Source of the DNA: Methanomassiliicoccales archaeon
Lineage (GTDB): Archaea > Thermoplasmatota > Thermoplasmata > Methanomassiliicoccales > UBA472
NCBI GenBank assembly: GCA_016926075.1
Contig: JAFGPG010000057.1
Location: 1 to 60,347, forward strand
Length of the DNA: 60,347 bases
Reading direction: 5' to 3'
Part shown: positions 57,152-60,347 of the stretch, piece after piece
How the letters are laid out: every line of letters starts with the position of its first letter
Position numbering within the stretch: the first letter of the stretch is position 1
Notes under the pieces: model-generated
Told to the model about the DNA's origin: nothing
Seen by the model: only the letters and a program-made list of their open reading frames with translations
The model's database searches: none
Translations under genes and position numbers: made by a program

Positions 57152-58615
57152 ATGGGCTCGAGGATGAGCATCAAGACCCGCATCGCCATCGCCTATGCCC
57201 GCACCAAGCTTTCGTCCAGGAAGGTGAGTGAGGATGTGGAGAACCCCCTGCATGAATGGGTGCAACTGAAGGTGCGCAACACCTTCAAGCAGGACGAGGA
57301 TTTCCGCAAGGCCCTGGGCCGCAGCAAGTTGGGCGAGATCGACCGCGCGGTCTTCGAGGAATATCAATTGCACCGCTTCCGCAAGCAGGTGGCCTATGTC
57401 ATGGAGAACAGCTACTACTATCAGAGGAAGTACGCCGAGGCGGGGGTGGTCCCGGAAAGGATTCGGACCATGGAGGACCTGGACCAGGTGCCCCTGACCG
57501 AACCGGCGGATCTAGCGGAGGAGCCCTTCCTCTTCCTCTGCGTGTCCCAGAGCAGGATCGCCCGGACCTTCTCCACCTCGGGCACCTCTGGAAAGAACAA
57601 GCGGCTGTTCTACACTCGAGAGGACCTCTTGAACATCATCGATTCCATCGCCGCCGCCCTGCGCTCAGCGGGACTGAAGAGCAACGAGACCCTGCACATC
57701 ATGTTCCCGGCCGTGGTGGCCTGGGACCCCAGCCTTATGCTGGAGAGCGCCTGCAAAGTGGCCGGGCTAAAATCCGTGGTCTGCTCGGAGGTGGACGTGG
57801 ACGAGCAGGTGCGGGTCATGAGGGAGCGGGGCACACGGGTCATCATCGGTCTCACATCCTTCATCTACAGGGTGACGGTGCTGGCACGGGAGAGGTACGA
57901 CCTACGCTCCCTAGGCCTCAAGGCCATCATCTGCTCCTCCGAGCCTCTGTCGGAGGCGGTGCGCAGGGAGATGGAGGAGGCGTGGGGCTGCAAGTGCCTC
58001 AGCCAGTACGGCATGACCGAGATGGGGCTGGCCACCGCCATCGAGTGCCATGAGCAGACCGGGCTGCATATCAACGAGGCGGACTTCCTGGTGGAGGTCA
58101 TCGACCCTGACAGCGGAAAGAGGCTGCCTCCCGGGGAGGAGGGGGAGCTGGTATGGACATCCCTTTCCTTCCAGGGCTCTCCGCTCCTCCGCTACCGCTC
58201 CTACGACATCTCCCACTACATCCCCCCGCCATGTCCCTGCGGGCATCTCACCGTGGGCAAGATCGGCAAGCCCAAGGGCAGGAGGGACGCGGCCACCAAG
58301 ATCGGGCTGGGGGAAAGGATATTCCCAGTGCTCTTCGACGAGGCCATCATGCAGGTGAAGGGAGCTCTCAACTATCAGCTGGTGATCGACAAACCCTCCT
58401 TCCGTGACCGACTGCACTTCACCGTGGAGTACAGCGGGGACATGGAGCGGGGGCGGAGGGAGGTGATGGAGGCATTGACGTCCCTGGACGAGATCAAGAA
58501 CGGTCTGGACAACGATCTTCTGGAACCGATCGAGGTGGAGATGAGAGAGGTGTCCAAGGACTTCACTCCCAAGATGAAACCTATCATCGACCGCCGCCAG
58601 AGCTACGACAATTGA
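57152..58615 (+). CDS. Phenylacetate-CoA ligase-like AMP-forming ligase (DVU_1553-like)
   Basis: STSGTSGKNKRLFYT, QYGMTEMG, VEVIDP, PLLRYRSYD, GRRD. Confidence 0.88.
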   Translation: MGSRMSIKTRIAIAYARTKLSSRKVSEDVENPLHEWVQLKVRNTFKQDEDFRKALGRSKLGEIDRAVFEEYQLHRFRKQVAYVMENSYYYQRKYAEAGVVPERIRTMEDLDQVPLTEPADLAEEPFLFLCVSQSRIARTFSTSGTSGKNKRLFYTREDLLNIIDSIAAALRSAGLKSNETLHIMFPAVVAWDPSLMLESACKVAGLKSVVCSEVDVDEQVRVMRERGTRVIIGLTSFIYRVTVLARERYDLRSLGLKAIICSSEPLSEAVRREMEEAWGCKCLSQYGMTEMGLATAIECHEQTGLHINEADFLVEVIDPDSGKRLPPGEEGELVWTSLSFQGSPLLRYRSYDISHYIPPPCPCGHLTVGKIGKPKGRRDAATKIGLGERIFPVLFDEAIMQVKGALNYQLVIDKPSFRDRLHFTVEYSGDMERGRREVMEALTSLDEIKNGLDNDLLEPIEVEMREVSKDFTPKMKPIIDRRQSYDN

Positions 58616-58682
58616 CCCTTTGTAACGACCGCTCCCATTGATACTCTGAAATACTCACAGTTGTAATCATAATTCGATCATC

Positions 58683-58823
58683 ATGTCCGAGGAGAAGAAG
58701 GGCAAGGTCGAGGAGACCGCCGAGAAGACCGGCGAAACCGTCGGCAAAGGCCTGAAAAAAGGCTGGGGTGCGGTCAAAGGGGTTGGGAAGGGTATCAAAA
58801 AAGGAGTCGAAGAAAAGGAATAG
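58683..58823 (+). CDS. 46-aa Lys/Gly/Glu-rich small protein (not in ORF track)
   Basis: MSEEKKGKVEETAEKTGETVGKGLKKGWGAVKGVGKGIKKGVEEKE; coding-like codons; AT-rich promoter-like region upstream. Confidence 0.7.
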   Translation: MSEEKKGKVEETAEKTGETVGKGLKKGWGAVKGVGKGIKKGVEEKE

Positions 58824-58972
58824 ATCTTCCCCGACCCGGGTGACACACCTCGTAACAGGATATTATCAAACGTTCGATCGTCCGATCATAGAACGGATCG
58901 TCTCAGATGATGTCATGCATCTCTCGTTCAGAGAGCAAGGATTATCTAGAGCCCTAGGAATCGGCCATCAAG

Positions 58973-59563
58973 ATGAAGGTAGGGGTCGTATCCGTACAGG
59001 GGGCAGTTCCCGAACATATTCGCATGTCACAGCTGGCCATGGAGATCATGGGATTGAGTGGCCAGATCATTTCAGTCCGCCGCCTCAACGACCTACGGAC
59101 CGTGGACTGCCTTATAATCCCTGGAGGGGAGAGCACCACCATCTCCAAGCTCTTGGACAAGTTCCACCTGTTCGAGGAGATCGTGGACATGGGGTCGAGG
59201 GGCGTGCCCATCATGGGCACCTGTGCCGGATGCGTGCTCCTGGCCAAGGAGGGCGGGGAACAGGCAGAACGCACGGGAATGAGGCTACTCTCCCTAATGG
59301 ACATGGCCGTGGACCGCAACGCCTACGGCCGGCAGCGGGAGTCCTTCGAGGCGGAATTGGACATAAAGGGATTGGACGCCCCCTTCCCCGGGGTCTTCAT
59401 CCGCGCCCCTCTCATAACCAGGACCTGGGGCGAATGCCAGGTTCTGTGCAGGCATCAGGGCGAAGTGGTCATGGCCAGGCAGGGCGACATCATGGCCATC
59501 TCCTTCCATCCCGAACTGACCGGGGACCCCCGTCTGCACCAGATGCTGTTCTCCATGGTGTGA
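58973..59563 (+). CDS. pdxT: PLP synthase glutaminase subunit
   Basis: VQGAVPEH, PGGESTT, GTCAG, RNAYGRQRESFE, FIRAP, FHPEL. Confidence 0.95.
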   Translation: MKVGVVSVQGAVPEHIRMSQLAMEIMGLSGQIISVRRLNDLRTVDCLIIPGGESTTISKLLDKFHLFEEIVDMGSRGVPIMGTCAGCVLLAKEGGEQAERTGMRLLSLMDMAVDRNAYGRQRESFEAELDIKGLDAPFPGVFIRAPLITRTWGECQVLCRHQGEVVMARQGDIMAISFHPELTGDPRLHQMLFSMV

Positions 59564-59570
59564 AAAAGGT

Positions 59571-60311
59571 CTAGACGTTACCCTTGGCCGCCCTGATGAG
59601 CTGGCGCAGGTCCTCGCCGAGGGCGCCGTTCTCCACCACCGTCCCCGTGACCACCACGTCCGCGCCCGCCAGCCGGACCTGCTCGGCGGTCCTTGCGTCA
59701 CGTATGCCTCCCCCTATCAGCAGTGGGACGCTGATGGTCCTCTTCACCGCGGCTATCATCTCGGAGGGTACCGGCTGCGGGGCCCCGCTCCCCGCCTCTA
59801 GATATACTAGGCTCATGCCCATGTACTCCGCGGCCAGGGCGAAGGCCGCCGCCATCTGGGGATCATTGCGGGGTATGGGCTTGGCCATGCCCACCTCCCC
59901 CACCTTCATCCCCGGTTCCACGATGATGTAGCCCATGGATATGGGCTCGATGCCCAGCATCTTGACGATGGGGGCCCCCTTCACCTGCTCCCCGATGACG
60001 TGGTTGACGTTGACGCTGTTCAACATGCTCATAAAGTACATAGCGTCCGCGTGCCTGGAGATGGCGTGCGCCCCGGAGGGGAAGTAGATCACAGGCAGGG
60101 TGGCCCGGGCCTTGATGGCCAGGATGGTGGCGTCCAGATTCTCCTGGGTCACATCGGTGGAACCCCCCACCATGATGGCGTCGCTGCCCATCTCCTGGGC
60201 CATGACCGCCATCTCCGCGGCCCGCACAGGGCTCTGTTTGGCCGGGTCCAGCAGGGTCATGTGCATGGTCCCTTTGCTCACCCTCTCATAGATGAAGTCC
60301 TTGACGTTCAC
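59571..60311 (-). CDS. Geranylgeranylglyceryl phosphate synthase
   Basis: HMTLLDPAK, AIMVGGST, FMSMLNS, YLEAGSGA, GGGIR. Confidence 0.93.
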   Translation of the reverse strand: MNVKDFIYERVSKGTMHMTLLDPAKQSPVRAAEMAVMAQEMGSDAIMVGGSTDVTQENLDATILAIKARATLPVIYFPSGAHAISRHADAMYFMSMLNSVNVNHVIGEQVKGAPIVKMLGIEPISMGYIIVEPGMKVGEVGMAKPIPRNDPQMAAAFALAAEYMGMSLVYLEAGSGAPQPVPSEMIAAVKRTISVPLLIGGGIRDARTAEQVRLAGADVVVTGTVVENGALGEDLRQLIRAAKGNV

Positions 60312-60347
60312 AGCAATCCTCCCACAAGGAAGGCCAGCAGGGCCAAC
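60308..60347 (-). CDS. 3' end of a membrane-protein gene, possibly DGGGP synthase (UbiA family)
   Basis: LALLAFLVGGLL-stop overlapping the GGGPS GTG start; only 12 codons visible. Confidence 0.45.
   Translation of the reverse strand, partial: LALLAFLVGGLL

Overview
GC-rich archaeal chromosomal segment, most consistent with Methanomassiliicoccales (Thermoplasmatota). That assignment is inferred from the GGGP synthase, a CCA-less tRNA-Leu, TATA-like promoters, MtaA/MtbA-family proteins and a multi-Fn3 surface protein. No CRISPR array, transposase or integrase was seen. Main content: (1) an acetyl-CoA synthase operon (acsB-acsD-acsC, with a convergent cooC/acsF) whose AcsB carries a ~270-aa N-terminal extension that reads like an eroded, ligand-less CO dehydrogenase; (2) a biotin-dependent carboxyltransferase operon with BirA but no biotin carboxylase or Na+ pump subunit (transcarboxylase-like); (3) a probable ArcE-type arginine synthetase; (4) tRNA-Leu(UAA) followed by an AT-rich scar and lower-GC genes; (5) transporters, a frameshifted TerB pseudogene and a beta-propeller/10xFn3 surface protein; (6) a NikR-like regulator divergent from a ZnuACB-type transporter; (7) a cluster of an MtaA-family methyltransferase, a Cys-free DVU_1557-like protein, a TrsS/Tes-like radical SAM enzyme, a Cys-rich small protein, DUF169 and a PaaK-like CoA ligase, next to pdxT and ether-lipid genes. 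All family calls come from motif recognition by eye, not database searches.
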